Shown: piece by piece, positions 1 through 9,504 of the stretch
How the letters are laid out: every line of letters starts with the position of its first letter
How positions within the stretch are numbered: the first letter of the stretch is position 1
Virus record (IMG/VR): IMGVR_UViG_3300032315_001186
Coordinates: 1-64,000 of that record
Source: a virus
Length of the DNA stretch: 64,000 bases
Reading direction: 5' to 3' (one strand)
Made by a program: the position numbers and the translations under genes
The notes under the pieces: model-generated
What the model saw: only the letters and a program-made list of their open reading frames with translations
What the model was told of the DNA's origin: nothing
Databases searched by the model: none

Positions 1-297
1 AACACAAACACCAACTACTACTCAAACACCTACCAATACTCCGTCTAGTACAATAACACAAACACCAACTACTACTCAAACACCTACCAATACTCCGTCT
101 AGTACAATAACACAAACACCAACGAATACTCCTACAACGTCTATAACGTCATCAGTAACACCAACGAATACTCCTACAACGTCTATAACGTCATCAGTAA
201 CCCCAACTAAAACTGTAACACCAACGAATACTCCTACAACGTCTATAACGTCATCAGTAACCCCAACTAAAACTGTAACACCAACGAATACTCCATC
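1..297 (+). repeat. Coding tandem repeats (54 bp period, then 42/60 bp period)
   Basis: 1-54 is repeated at 55-108; the unit acaccaacgaatactcctacaacgtctataacgtcatcagta recurs at about 116, 158 and 218; all periods are multiples of 3. Confidence 0.9.
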
Positions 298-565
298 CGT
301 TACACCTTCACAAAGTGGTTTTGTTTCTTATGCATACACTAATTTAGGTACTGGAGGAAGTGATCCTGAAGCTTGTTCGGAAGGTGGTACCACATTCTAT
401 GGTATTAGAGCGAGTTTTTCAGGCCTTCAGATCGGTGATATCCTTTATATTGATACAAATTTGAATACCCCTGCGACTGGATTTGGATTTGTTTCAAACG
501 GTATTATTCATTACCAAATTGATGGTGGTACTGGTGAAATTACAACAATTTCTGGTCTTTGTTAA
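1..565 (+). CDS. 3' end of a Thr/Pro/Ser-rich (mucin-like) repeat protein with a C-terminal Cys-bracketed module (partial)
   Basis: Open frame from nt 2 (TQTPTTTQTPTNTPSSTIT...EACSEGG...GDILY...GEITTISGLC) to TAA at 563-565; missing from the ORF track because its start lies outside the window. Confidence 0.85.
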   Translation, partial: TQTPTTTQTPTNTPSSTITQTPTTTQTPTNTPSSTITQTPTNTPTTSITSSVTPTNTPTTSITSSVTPTKTVTPTNTPTTSITSSVTPTKTVTPTNTPSVTPSQSGFVSYAYTNLGTGGSDPEACSEGGTTFYGIRASFSGLQIGDILYIDTNLNTPATGFGFVSNGIIHYQIDGGTGEITTISGLC

Positions 566-634
566 AACAATGTAGTAGTATTTGTTTACCTTTATAAGTG
601 TTTAATTACTTTTTTTTCAAAAGTAAATTTTACT

Positions 635-1888
635 ATGAAAATATTCATTCAAATTGCGTCATATCGAGATCCTGAGTTAAAAAAAACAATCTTGAGTTGT
701 TTAGAAAATGCTGATAAACCTGAAAATTTAGTTTTTGGAATTGCTCGTCAATTTCATCCTGAGGACAAGTTTGACGACTTGACAGAATACATGACCGATG
801 AAAGATTTAGGATTTTAAACATCCCTTATACCGAGTCAAAAGGAGCATGTTGGGCTAGAAACCAAATTCAACAATTATACAATAAAGAACAGTATACAAT
901 GCAGTTAGATTCACATATGAGGTTTGCACCTCATTGGGATACTGAAATGATTGCAATGGTCAAACAATTACAGAAAAAAGGTTATAAGAAACCATTGCTT
1001 ACTGGTTATGTCTCTTCCTTTGATCCTGACAATGATCCTGCGGCGAGAATACAAGAACCATGGAGAATGGTTTTTGATCGATTTATACCTGAAGGTGCCG
1101 TATTTTTCTTACCTGAAACGATACCAAATTGGCAATCAATGACAGAACCTGTTACTGCTAGATTTTATTCAGCACACTACGCTTTTACATTGGGTAAGTT
1201 TTGTAAAGAAGTTCAACATAATCCAGAATACTATTTTCACGGAGAAGAAATTTCTATAGCCGCTAGAGCTTATACTTGGGGATACGACTTATTCCATCCA
1301 CATAAAGTTCTTATTTGGCATGAGTATACTAGAAAAGGTAGAACCAAACAATGGGATGATGATAAACATTGGGTTGACAAAAATAATGTGTCTCATTTAA
1401 CGAACAGAAAATTGTTTGGTATGGATGGTTTAACCCAAGAGGGTCACGAAGGTAAATATGGGTTTGGTAAAGTCAGATCACTTAGAGATTATGAGAAATA
1501 TTCGGGACTACTTTTTGAAAAAAGAGCCGTTCAACAATACACACTAGATAAACATTATCCACCAAATCCTTATAACTATTCTTCTGAAGAAGAATGGAAA
1601 TCCGACTTTGCTATGATTTTTAAACATTGTATTGATATTGGGTATTCACAAGTACCTGAAAAAGATTATGATTTTTGGGTTGTAGCTTTTCACGATGAAA
1701 CAGATGAGACAATCTTCAGAAAAGATGCTGATAAATCTGAAATAGCAAGAATGATGAATGACCCTGATGGATATTGTAAAGTGTGGCGAGAGTTTCAAAC
1801 AATACATAAACCAAAATACTGGGTAGTTTGGCCACACTCCGAATCCAAAGGTTGGTGTGATAGAATTACTGGAAATTTATCATTTTAA
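635..1888 (+). CDS. GT60-like polypeptide/Skp1-type GlcNAc transferase
   Basis: Motifs IFIQIASYRDPEL, GACWAR, QLDSHMRF (DxH) and FHGEE, typical of the GlcNAc-transferase family of Dictyostelium Gnt1 and trypanosome OGNT. Confidence 0.8.
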   Translation: MKIFIQIASYRDPELKKTILSCLENADKPENLVFGIARQFHPEDKFDDLTEYMTDERFRILNIPYTESKGACWARNQIQQLYNKEQYTMQLDSHMRFAPHWDTEMIAMVKQLQKKGYKKPLLTGYVSSFDPDNDPAARIQEPWRMVFDRFIPEGAVFFLPETIPNWQSMTEPVTARFYSAHYAFTLGKFCKEVQHNPEYYFHGEEISIAARAYTWGYDLFHPHKVLIWHEYTRKGRTKQWDDDKHWVDKNNVSHLTNRKLFGMDGLTQEGHEGKYGFGKVRSLRDYEKYSGLLFEKRAVQQYTLDKHYPPNPYNYSSEEEWKSDFAMIFKHCIDIGYSQVPEKDYDFWVVAFHDETDETIFRKDADKSEIARMMNDPDGYCKVWREFQTIHKPKYWVVWPHSESKGWCDRITGNLSF

Positions 1889-1889
1889 A

Positions 1890-2642
1890 ATGATATTAGA
1901 TTTTGAATCTATTCCGAAATTTGTAGTAAATTTGGATAGGAGACCTGATAGATTAGAACATATTACAAATGAACTAAATTATATCGGTTGGAAATGGGAA
2001 AGATTTTCAGGAATTGATTTGAATTCTTATATGGGAATAACAAAATCAACATTATCAATTATTGACATAGCAAAAGAAAGAAAATATCCAAGAGTAATGA
2101 TTATTGAGGATGATTCTTGTTTTATGCCTTATTCCAAAAGTTTACTAAACGAACTAGAACGTAACTACACAAATTTAGATTTTGGGATTTTTAATTTATC
2201 ACCAACATTAAACAGACCTGTCAAGAGATATAAAGATAGTGAATTGTTATTGGATTTAACAACTTTACCACCGGCAAGTCCCGATGCTAGAGGAATTTAC
2301 GCAGCAAATATGATTATCTACGATGAATCAATTTACGATAAAATGTTCGAAATCGTTTTGACGGCATTCACTAACAGTGAAAATTATTTTTTTGCTTTGG
2401 ACGATTTTACATTCCAACATGTAATGTGTTGTTACCAAAGTTATTCACCAATAATTCCAATAGCGCCACAAATGCATGGAATTTCAGATATATCTGATGG
2501 TTATTACAACAATTGGTATTTACAAACTTATAATTGGAATGCTCACAGTGAAATTAAAATTCCGAATGAATTTATGGATTGGGGGGTAGTTCAAGAAATG
2601 AAAAAAAATAAAGAACACAAACAATTTTATTATGTCAGTTAA
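1890..2642 (+). CDS. Glycosyltransferase family 25-like protein
   Basis: FVVNLDRRPDRL and IIEDD motifs; ATG at 1890 just after the upstream stop is preferred over 1857. Confidence 0.75.
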   Translation: MILDFESIPKFVVNLDRRPDRLEHITNELNYIGWKWERFSGIDLNSYMGITKSTLSIIDIAKERKYPRVMIIEDDSCFMPYSKSLLNELERNYTNLDFGIFNLSPTLNRPVKRYKDSELLLDLTTLPPASPDARGIYAANMIIYDESIYDKMFEIVLTAFTNSENYFFALDDFTFQHVMCCYQSYSPIIPIAPQMHGISDISDGYYNNWYLQTYNWNAHSEIKIPNEFMDWGVVQEMKKNKEHKQFYYVS

Positions 2643-3534
2643 ATTTATTACTTGTATTTTCAGTGACTTAAATGGAACTGAACTAGGTGGACGACCGAGT
2701 AGAGGTGGTCATTATCGATATAGTTTATTATCACATTTACAAATGTCAGATGCTGATTTTTTGTGTTATACTTCAGAAAGAGAACTTAAAGATCTCGAAA
2801 ATTTTTTCTATATTGAAAACAAAGTGGACCCAAAAAAATTAGAGTTAAAAATTTTTGATCTTCAGACCACTAAATTTCAAAATTTGATCTCTGAATATAA
2901 AGATGTTGAAGGAACAAAAAGAGGGGATAGATGCGTAGAAATTCAATACTCAAAGTTTCATTGGTGGTGGAATGAAGATAAATCGTATGATTTCTACTAT
3001 TGGATTGATGCTGGTCTATCCCATTGTGGTATAATACCGAACAAATATCTTGTAGATGAACATAGTTATAAGAGGTACTTTTATTCTACAATATTTGATA
3101 ATACTTTTTTAAAAAACCTTTGTGATTTCACTAGGGATAAATTTTTTATAATAACAAAAGATAATGTTAAAAATTATTGGTCTGGTACTGTAAATAGAAA
3201 ATGGTATAATGAGTTCTCTATGGATCTTCATGTAATTGGAGGTATGTTTGGGGGGCATAGAGATACTTGGGATAGGGTTGTCAATTTATTTGAAAAATAT
3301 ACCGAAGATATTCTAAAAGAAGATAAAGGGTTGCCTGCGGAAGAAAATGTTATGAGTTTAATGTATTACAATCACAAAGAATTATTCGTGACAAAATATT
3401 TTGAAACATGGTGGCATGAGGACAATTACCATTCGTTTTTCGGAAACCAAACTCAAGATGTAAAAAATAACTATTTTGAAAATACTAAAAGTTTTTACAA
3501 AATTTTAGAAGAATTAAAAAATTATTATGAGTAA
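2632..3534 (+). CDS. HtrL/YibB-like putative glycosyltransferase
   Basis: YYWIDAG, GGMFGG and EE motifs; overlaps neighbours in an operon-like arrangement. Confidence 0.6.
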   Translation: MSVKFITCIFSDLNGTELGGRPSRGGHYRYSLLSHLQMSDADFLCYTSERELKDLENFFYIENKVDPKKLELKIFDLQTTKFQNLISEYKDVEGTKRGDRCVEIQYSKFHWWWNEDKSYDFYYWIDAGLSHCGIIPNKYLVDEHSYKRYFYSTIFDNTFLKNLCDFTRDKFFIITKDNVKNYWSGTVNRKWYNEFSMDLHVIGGMFGGHRDTWDRVVNLFEKYTEDILKEDKGLPAEENVMSLMYYNHKELFVTKYFETWWHEDNYHSFFGNQTQDVKNNYFENTKSFYKILEELKNYYE

Positions 3535-5197
3535 CACAACACTAGTAACAGGATTATGGAATATAAACAGAGAAAGTCTAAAAGAAGGATGGTCTAGAAG
3601 TTTTGACCACTATCTTTCGAAACTAGAACAACTATTATCAATTGAAGAAAACCTTATCATTTTCGGGGAAAAGGAACTAGAAGATTGGGTTTTAACCAAA
3701 AGGGATAGATCGAAAACTCAATTTATTGTAAGGTCTCAAGATTGGTTCAAAAATGAATTTTTTGATAAGATTCAAATTATTAGAAAAAATCCAAATTGGT
3801 ATAATCAATCAGGTTGGTTACCTGAATCTACACAAGCTCGTCTTGAAATGTATAACCCATTGGTAATGTCCAAAGTTTTTTTATTGAATGATGCTCGAAT
3901 AATGGACAGATTTAATTCAACAAATCTATTTTGGATAGACGCAGGTATAACTAATACAGTACACCCAGGTTATTTTACTCACGACAAAGTTTTAACAAAG
4001 CTAGAAAAGTTAAAAAACATAACTTTTGTCGCATTTCCATACGAAGCGAATAATGAAATTCACGGATTTGACTATTCTGAAATGTGTCGTATGACCAACA
4101 AAAAAATTGATAAAGTATGTCGTGGTGGGTTTTTTGGTGGCCCCAAAGAAAAAATAGAAAGTTTCAATTCTCTTTATTACCATCTTATGTCTGATACTTT
4201 GTCTAAGGGATATATGGGTACTGAAGAATCACTTTTTACACTTTTAACTTATATGCATCCAGAAAGTTTCCACTATTTCGAAATAGAATCTAATGGATTA
4301 ATATCTAAGTTTTTTGAAGATGTTAAAAATGATCAACACAAAATAAAAAGTGAAAGTGAAATTTTAATTTCAGGAAATGATCTAGACGTTAATAACACCG
4401 CTCTTTATGTGATAACTTTTAATAGTCCAAAACAATTTGAGACCCTCATTGAATCGATGATACAGTATGATGAAGATTTTATTCTTAAACCAAAAAAGTT
4501 TTTATTAGACAATTCAACTGATTTATCAACAACACCAAAATATCAAGCACTATGTGAAGAGTATAATTTTGAACATATTAAAAAAGATAACATCGGTATT
4601 GTTGGGGGCCGTGTATTTGTCGCCGAACATTTTGACGAATCAGGATTAGATTTTTACTACTGGTTCGAAGACGATATGGCATTCTACCCAAAAAAAGGTG
4701 AAGTGTGTAGAAATGGTTTTAATAGATTTGTTCCAAATTTATATTCAAAAACACTAAAAATAATCAAAAATGAAAACTTCGATTTTTTAAAGTTAAGTTT
4801 TACCGAATTTTACGGTTCAAATGATGTACAATTTTCTTGGTATAACATCCCCCAAGATGTTAGAATAAAGTTATTTCCTGAAAAACCATCATTACCTATT
4901 CAAGGTTTAGATCCAAATGCCCCGAGAACAAAATTTAATAACATTAAAATATATCAGGGATTACCTTATGTGGATGGTGAAATCTATTTGTCCAACTGGC
5001 CGATTGTCTTAAGTAAAACAGGTAATTATAAATGTTACTTAGAAACAAAATGGGCATTCCCATTTGAACAAACGTTAATGTCATATTGTTATCAGGAGAC
5101 GGTAAAAGGTAATATTAAACCAGGTATTTTATTATTAACTCCTACTGAGCATAACCGATTTGAATTCTATGATGCAAATTTAAGAAAAGAATGTTAA
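3527..5197 (+). CDS. HtrL-like domain fused to a GT-A type glycosyltransferase domain
   Basis: N-half TLVTGLWNI, FWIDAG, GGFFGG, GTEE; C-half YVITFN, LLDNST, WFEDD. Confidence 0.6.
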   Translation: MSNTTLVTGLWNINRESLKEGWSRSFDHYLSKLEQLLSIEENLIIFGEKELEDWVLTKRDRSKTQFIVRSQDWFKNEFFDKIQIIRKNPNWYNQSGWLPESTQARLEMYNPLVMSKVFLLNDARIMDRFNSTNLFWIDAGITNTVHPGYFTHDKVLTKLEKLKNITFVAFPYEANNEIHGFDYSEMCRMTNKKIDKVCRGGFFGGPKEKIESFNSLYYHLMSDTLSKGYMGTEESLFTLLTYMHPESFHYFEIESNGLISKFFEDVKNDQHKIKSESEILISGNDLDVNNTALYVITFNSPKQFETLIESMIQYDEDFILKPKKFLLDNSTDLSTTPKYQALCEEYNFEHIKKDNIGIVGGRVFVAEHFDESGLDFYYWFEDDMAFYPKKGEVCRNGFNRFVPNLYSKTLKIIKNENFDFLKLSFTEFYGSNDVQFSWYNIPQDVRIKLFPEKPSLPIQGLDPNAPRTKFNNIKIYQGLPYVDGEIYLSNWPIVLSKTGNYKCYLETKWAFPFEQTLMSYCYQETVKGNIKPGILLLTPTEHNRFEFYDANLRKEC

Positions 5198-5814
5198 ATT
5201 AAAATTTTGTTACTTTTTTTTAAATTTTCTTCCGCCCACAAAGGTTGTAGATTTGTATAATGACAGAGTTTATAAATTTCTTCTTCAGTATCCACTGATG
5301 ACAATGGGATTACATGATCTATATGCCAACCATATAGACCATAATTTTCCCAAGACATACCCTCAGTGAATTTTTGTTCTAAATATTCTTTTAAAAATTC
5401 TGGTGAACAACCAATAATTTCATTATGGGTTTTGTTTTTTATTAATCCTTTTAACTTCAACATATATCTAAGTCTATTACTTAATTTATGTCTTAACTTA
5501 AATAAAATGTTTTCATTATATTTTTTTTTACGACTTGATTTAACTCTTGTATTGTACTTTGTGTTTCGTTTTAAAATTTTTTCTTTATTATTTTTATAAT
5601 ATTTTGTCCTATACTCGTTCCTTTTTTTACGAGTTTTATCATACCATATTTTATATTCTTCAGGATTTAATACTCTTCTTAATTTTTCTTTTTCGGATTG
5701 ACATTTTTTACACCGACTAAGATAGTATCGTATTCCTTTGGTATTGGGTGATCTTTTATTGAATTCACAAACATCTTTTTCAAGTTTACATTTAGTACAA
5801 ATTTTTTTTTCCAT
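5194..5814 (-). CDS. HNH homing endonuclease with N-terminal CxxC zinc-binding motifs
   Basis: CTKC...CKKC; WHIDHVIP...HYTNLQPLWAEENLKKSN; antisense to flanking genes. Confidence 0.85.
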   Translation of the reverse strand: MEKKICTKCKLEKDVCEFNKRSPNTKGIRYYLSRCKKCQSEKEKLRRVLNPEEYKIWYDKTRKKRNEYRTKYYKNNKEKILKRNTKYNTRVKSSRKKKYNENILFKLRHKLSNRLRYMLKLKGLIKNKTHNEIIGCSPEFLKEYLEQKFTEGMSWENYGLYGWHIDHVIPLSSVDTEEEIYKLCHYTNLQPLWAEENLKKSNKILI

Positions 5815-5950
5815 AATGTTCTCTTAATAACTTATTTATTAATGATGATTTTTTCGTTTTATCTTTAGCCATCCTGTCAAATAATTCTCGGTCTAAACTA
5901 ATACCAAACTTGATTTTACAATCTTTTTCTTGTTTTTTTGGTCTTCCCAT
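5792..5950 (-). CDS. Small ribbon-helix-helix-like DNA-binding protein (52 aa)
   Basis: Hand translation MGRPKKQEKDCKIKFGISLDRELFDRMAKDKTKKSSLINKLLREHYGKKNLY; overlaps the HNH start. Confidence 0.65.
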   Translation of the reverse strand: MGRPKKQEKDCKIKFGISLDRELFDRMAKDKTKKSSLINKLLREHYGKKNLY

Positions 5951-6031
5951 ATAATATAACTATCTACAAATATAGTAAAAGTTTCACTTTTATATTATAT
6001 GTTTATGATATATTTATCGAAAAAAGATCTA

Positions 6032-6412
6032 ATGAATTTTTACATAAATAAAAATGCAAACCTTCCACTTCTGAAAATGCAAGTGGTTAAAGATGGTCGT
6101 AGTGAGTATCAACAATTTATGCAATTATTAGAAACATCATCTATTTTTTTTACGATGATTAATAGTGAAACGGGTATACCCAAAATTGTGTCTAAACCTG
6201 CTTATATTGTTGAACTGACTAGTGTAGATGAAAATGCTCAGACAGAATATTATGTATATTTTAGATTCACGAAAAAAGATACCAATAAAGTTGGTACATA
6301 CAAAGGTCAATTTTTAATCAAATCGGAAGATGGTGATCTTATTTTACCACTAAGGGAAGAACTCAACATCTTTATTCAAGAAAGTTTTATCATAGATAGT
6401 CCTTGTTGTTGA
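6032..6412 (+). CDS. Hypothetical phage protein, possibly structural
   Basis: ORF; ATG at 6032 follows a TATTTAT motif at 6011-6017. Confidence 0.6.
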   Translation: MNFYINKNANLPLLKMQVVKDGRSEYQQFMQLLETSSIFFTMINSETGIPKIVSKPAYIVELTSVDENAQTEYYVYFRFTKKDTNKVGTYKGQFLIKSEDGDLILPLREELNIFIQESFIIDSPCC

Positions 6413-6454
6413 CTGGTTTTTTGTTACCTTTATAGTTGAAAAGGTATAAGTAAA

Positions 6455-9211
6455 ATGATTACAACGGAGGAAATCAAAAATTTTTTGGAGGGAAACGATC
6501 CTGAGCAGTATATTGTTGCTTTGGAATTCGATTATGCCACAGAAGAAATCTGTAAGATTAAAGAAATCCCTGGTAAGGGAAAACAAATCGTAAGAGATAC
6601 TTTTATACCTTTCTGTTGGGTTGGTGATCTACGTAGTTTAAATTTCTACAAAGGATCTAAAGCCAACCAAAAAGAAGCGATGTCCAAACATAAAATTCTG
6701 ATTGAAAAATTAGAAACTTATGACAATGACAGACTGAATCAGGGTCTTACTTTTATTGTAAAATCACTCAAAGGATACAGAAACTTAATTCAATTTTTTC
6801 GTGAGGGCGGTATAGATCCTTGGGGTGAGGCGGCTAAAGATCAGTTTCTACTCTTACCACCAGTTGAGCAATATCTTATTCAAAAAGAAAAAAGGTTGTT
6901 TAAAGGTTATGAAGAATATAATGATATTACTCGATTTGTATTTGACTTAGAGACCACCACACTTGATCCAAAAGATGGTCGTATATTTATGATCGGTATG
7001 AAAACAAACAAAGGTTTTCATCAAGTGATTGAATGTCTTACAGAAGAACAAGAGAAACAAGGATTGATTGAATTTTTTAGAACAATTCATAAACTAAATC
7101 CGAGTATTATCGCTGGATATAATAGTTTTAACTTTGACTGGCATTGGATCATTGAGAGGTCGAAGGCTTTGGGGTTAGATATGAAAAAAATTTGTATAAC
7201 CTTAAACCCTGAAAGACATTTCTCACAAAAAGAACAATTACTAAAATTAGCCAATGAGGTAGAGAAATATAATCAAATTGGTATGTGGGGTTATAATGTG
7301 ATAGATATACTTCACGCTGTAAGACGAGCCCAAGCAATCAATTCGAATATTAAAAGTGCGGGTCTTAAATACATTACTCAATACTTAGAATTAGAAAGTC
7401 CAAATCGTATTTACATAGACCATCAGAACATTGGTAAGATGTATGAAAAGAAAGAGGAATATTGGTTGAATATTAACAATGGGAAATATAAGAGAGCCGA
7501 CATTCCTGAATTCGAAAATTTGGATAAAAGATTTCCTTCTGTTTATGAAAAAGTAACAGGTGACAAAATCGTTGAGATGTATCTTGACGATGACTTGGAT
7601 GAAACACTTCGAGTTGATGAAGAGTTCAATCAAGGTTCTTTTTTACTCGCATCATTGGTTCCAACCACATATGAAAGAGTATCAACTATGGGTACTGCAA
7701 CTTTGTGGAAAATGATCATGCTTGCTTGGTCTTATAAACACAAACTTGCTATTCCTAAAAAACAAGAGAAAAAAGATTTTGTAGGTGGTTTGTCACGGTT
7801 AATCAAGGTTGGGTATTCTACAAATGTTCTTAAACTTGACTTTAGTTCGCTTTATCCGTCTATCCAATTAGTACACGAAGTATTTCCCGATTGTGATGTA
7901 ACAGGTGCTCTTAGAGGATTTCTAAAGTATTTTCGTGATACTCGTATTTTATACAAACAACTTGCTGAAGAATTTTCAGATTCAGACTCAAAGAAATCTA
8001 AATCTTACGATAGAAAACAATTACCTATCAAAATATTCATCAACAGTATGTTTGGAGCTCTGTCAGCACCTCAAGTTTTCGCTTGGGGTGACATGTATAA
8101 GGGAGAACAAATAACTTGTACAGGACGACAATACCTACGACAAATGACAAAATTTTTTATGGCTCGTGGTTATGAGCCTTTAGTGATGGACACCGATGGT
8201 ATCAACTTTTCAGCACCTAAAGGTGTTGAAGATAGAGTTTACATTGGTAGAGGTAATAATTGGAAAGTTAAACAAGGTAAGGAGTATAAAGGAGCCGCGG
8301 CAGACATTGCCGAATACAACGACATATTTATGCGTGGTGAAATGGCCTTAGATAATGATGGTGTGTGGCCGAGTTGTATTAATATTGCAAGAAAAAATTA
8401 TGCACTTTTGACTAAAAAAGGTAAGATTAAATTAGTAGGAAATACAATTAAATCCAAAAAACTACCTGGTTACATAGAGGATTTTCTAGACAAAGGAATT
8501 AAATTACTCCTTCAAGGTAAAGGTAAGGATTTTGTTGAATTTTATTATGAGTATCTTACCAAGATTTACAACAAGGAAATAACTCTCGTTAAAATCGCAC
8601 AAAGAGGAAAAATAAAACAAAGTGTCAAAGATTACGAAGAAAGGTGTAAACAAAAAACTAAAGCGGGCAATCTTATGTCTAGACAAGCACACATGGAACT
8701 TGTTATTCGAAATAATATGAATGTCAATCTTGGAGATGTTATTTATTATGTTAATAATGGAACTAAGATTTCACAGGGTGACGTTGCTAAAAAAGGAGAT
8801 ACTATTACATTGAATTGTTATTTAGTCAGTCAAAATGACATTGATAATAATCCGAATCTTACTGGTGAATACAATGTACCTCGTGCTATTTCTGTATTTA
8901 ACAAACGTATTGAACCACTTTTGGTTGTTTTCAAACCTGAGGTACGAGATGTTTTGTTAATCACCGATCCTGAAAAACGAGAATATTTCACGACCCTTCA
9001 ATGTGAACTAATAAATGGTCAACCTTTTAATGAAACCGATCAAGATAGTTTAGAAAAAGATGTATTAGAAATAACTGAACAAGAAATTGACTATTGGAAT
9101 AGAAGAGGATTGAACCCAAACTACATCTATGAGTTAGCTGAAAGTGGGTGGGAGAATCATATCAATCACCAAAGTTTAACTCCATCAGAGGAAAGTATGT
9201 ACCAATTTTGA
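6455..9211 (+). CDS. polB: Family B DNA polymerase with 3'-5' exonuclease
   Basis: ExoI FDLETT, ExoII GYNSFNFD; polymerase motifs LDFSSLYPSI, KIFINSMFG, MDTDG, KNYA. Confidence 0.95.
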   Translation: MITTEEIKNFLEGNDPEQYIVALEFDYATEEICKIKEIPGKGKQIVRDTFIPFCWVGDLRSLNFYKGSKANQKEAMSKHKILIEKLETYDNDRLNQGLTFIVKSLKGYRNLIQFFREGGIDPWGEAAKDQFLLLPPVEQYLIQKEKRLFKGYEEYNDITRFVFDLETTTLDPKDGRIFMIGMKTNKGFHQVIECLTEEQEKQGLIEFFRTIHKLNPSIIAGYNSFNFDWHWIIERSKALGLDMKKICITLNPERHFSQKEQLLKLANEVEKYNQIGMWGYNVIDILHAVRRAQAINSNIKSAGLKYITQYLELESPNRIYIDHQNIGKMYEKKEEYWLNINNGKYKRADIPEFENLDKRFPSVYEKVTGDKIVEMYLDDDLDETLRVDEEFNQGSFLLASLVPTTYERVSTMGTATLWKMIMLAWSYKHKLAIPKKQEKKDFVGGLSRLIKVGYSTNVLKLDFSSLYPSIQLVHEVFPDCDVTGALRGFLKYFRDTRILYKQLAEEFSDSDSKKSKSYDRKQLPIKIFINSMFGALSAPQVFAWGDMYKGEQITCTGRQYLRQMTKFFMARGYEPLVMDTDGINFSAPKGVEDRVYIGRGNNWKVKQGKEYKGAAADIAEYNDIFMRGEMALDNDGVWPSCINIARKNYALLTKKGKIKLVGNTIKSKKLPGYIEDFLDKGIKLLLQGKGKDFVEFYYEYLTKIYNKEITLVKIAQRGKIKQSVKDYEERCKQKTKAGNLMSRQAHMELVIRNNMNVNLGDVIYYVNNGTKISQGDVAKKGDTITLNCYLVSQNDIDNNPNLTGEYNVPRAISVFNKRIEPLLVVFKPEVRDVLLITDPEKREYFTTLQCELINGQPFNETDQDSLEKDVLEITEQEIDYWNRRGLNPNYIYELAESGWENHINHQSLTPSEESMYQF

Positions 9212-9501
9212 TATACAAAAACTAGTTCTATACAGGCACCTGTCTCTATTTGGATTTCATCCCAATGTTCATCAATTCTGTTGATATCAGGAACAATTAA
9301 AACACTCGTCAAAGCTTTAATTTTAATTCTATCAGTAGAAACACTGTTGAGGGTAATTTTACAATTCCCAACTCCTTTTACAACAATAGCATATTCACCA
9401 TTTGTGGTGTATGTTTCCTCTGAAACAACCGCTAATTCTGAAGTTTTAACTTGTATACCATTGATTATTTTTTCACTAGGTATCGATCTTATGATGGCCA
9501 T
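9166..9501 (-). CDS. Hypothetical beta-rich protein
   Basis: 111 aa ORF directly downstream of the neck gene; convergent 46 nt overlap with the polymerase. Confidence 0.6.
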   Translation of the reverse strand: MAIIRSIPSEKIINGIQVKTSELAVVSEETYTTNGEYAIVVKGVGNCKITLNSVSTDRIKIKALTSVLIVPDINRIDEHWDEIQIETGACIELVFVYQNWYILSSDGVKLW

Positions 9502-9504
9502 ATT

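Noticed and set aside
1-297. Tandem repeats as a possible CRISPR array
   Set aside because: No unique spacers; periods are multiples of 3 and encode Thr/Pro repeats in an open frame.
9166-9211. Convergent overlap of the polymerase and a small gene as a regulatory feature
   Set aside because: Short 3' overlaps are common in compact phage genomes; no further signal.
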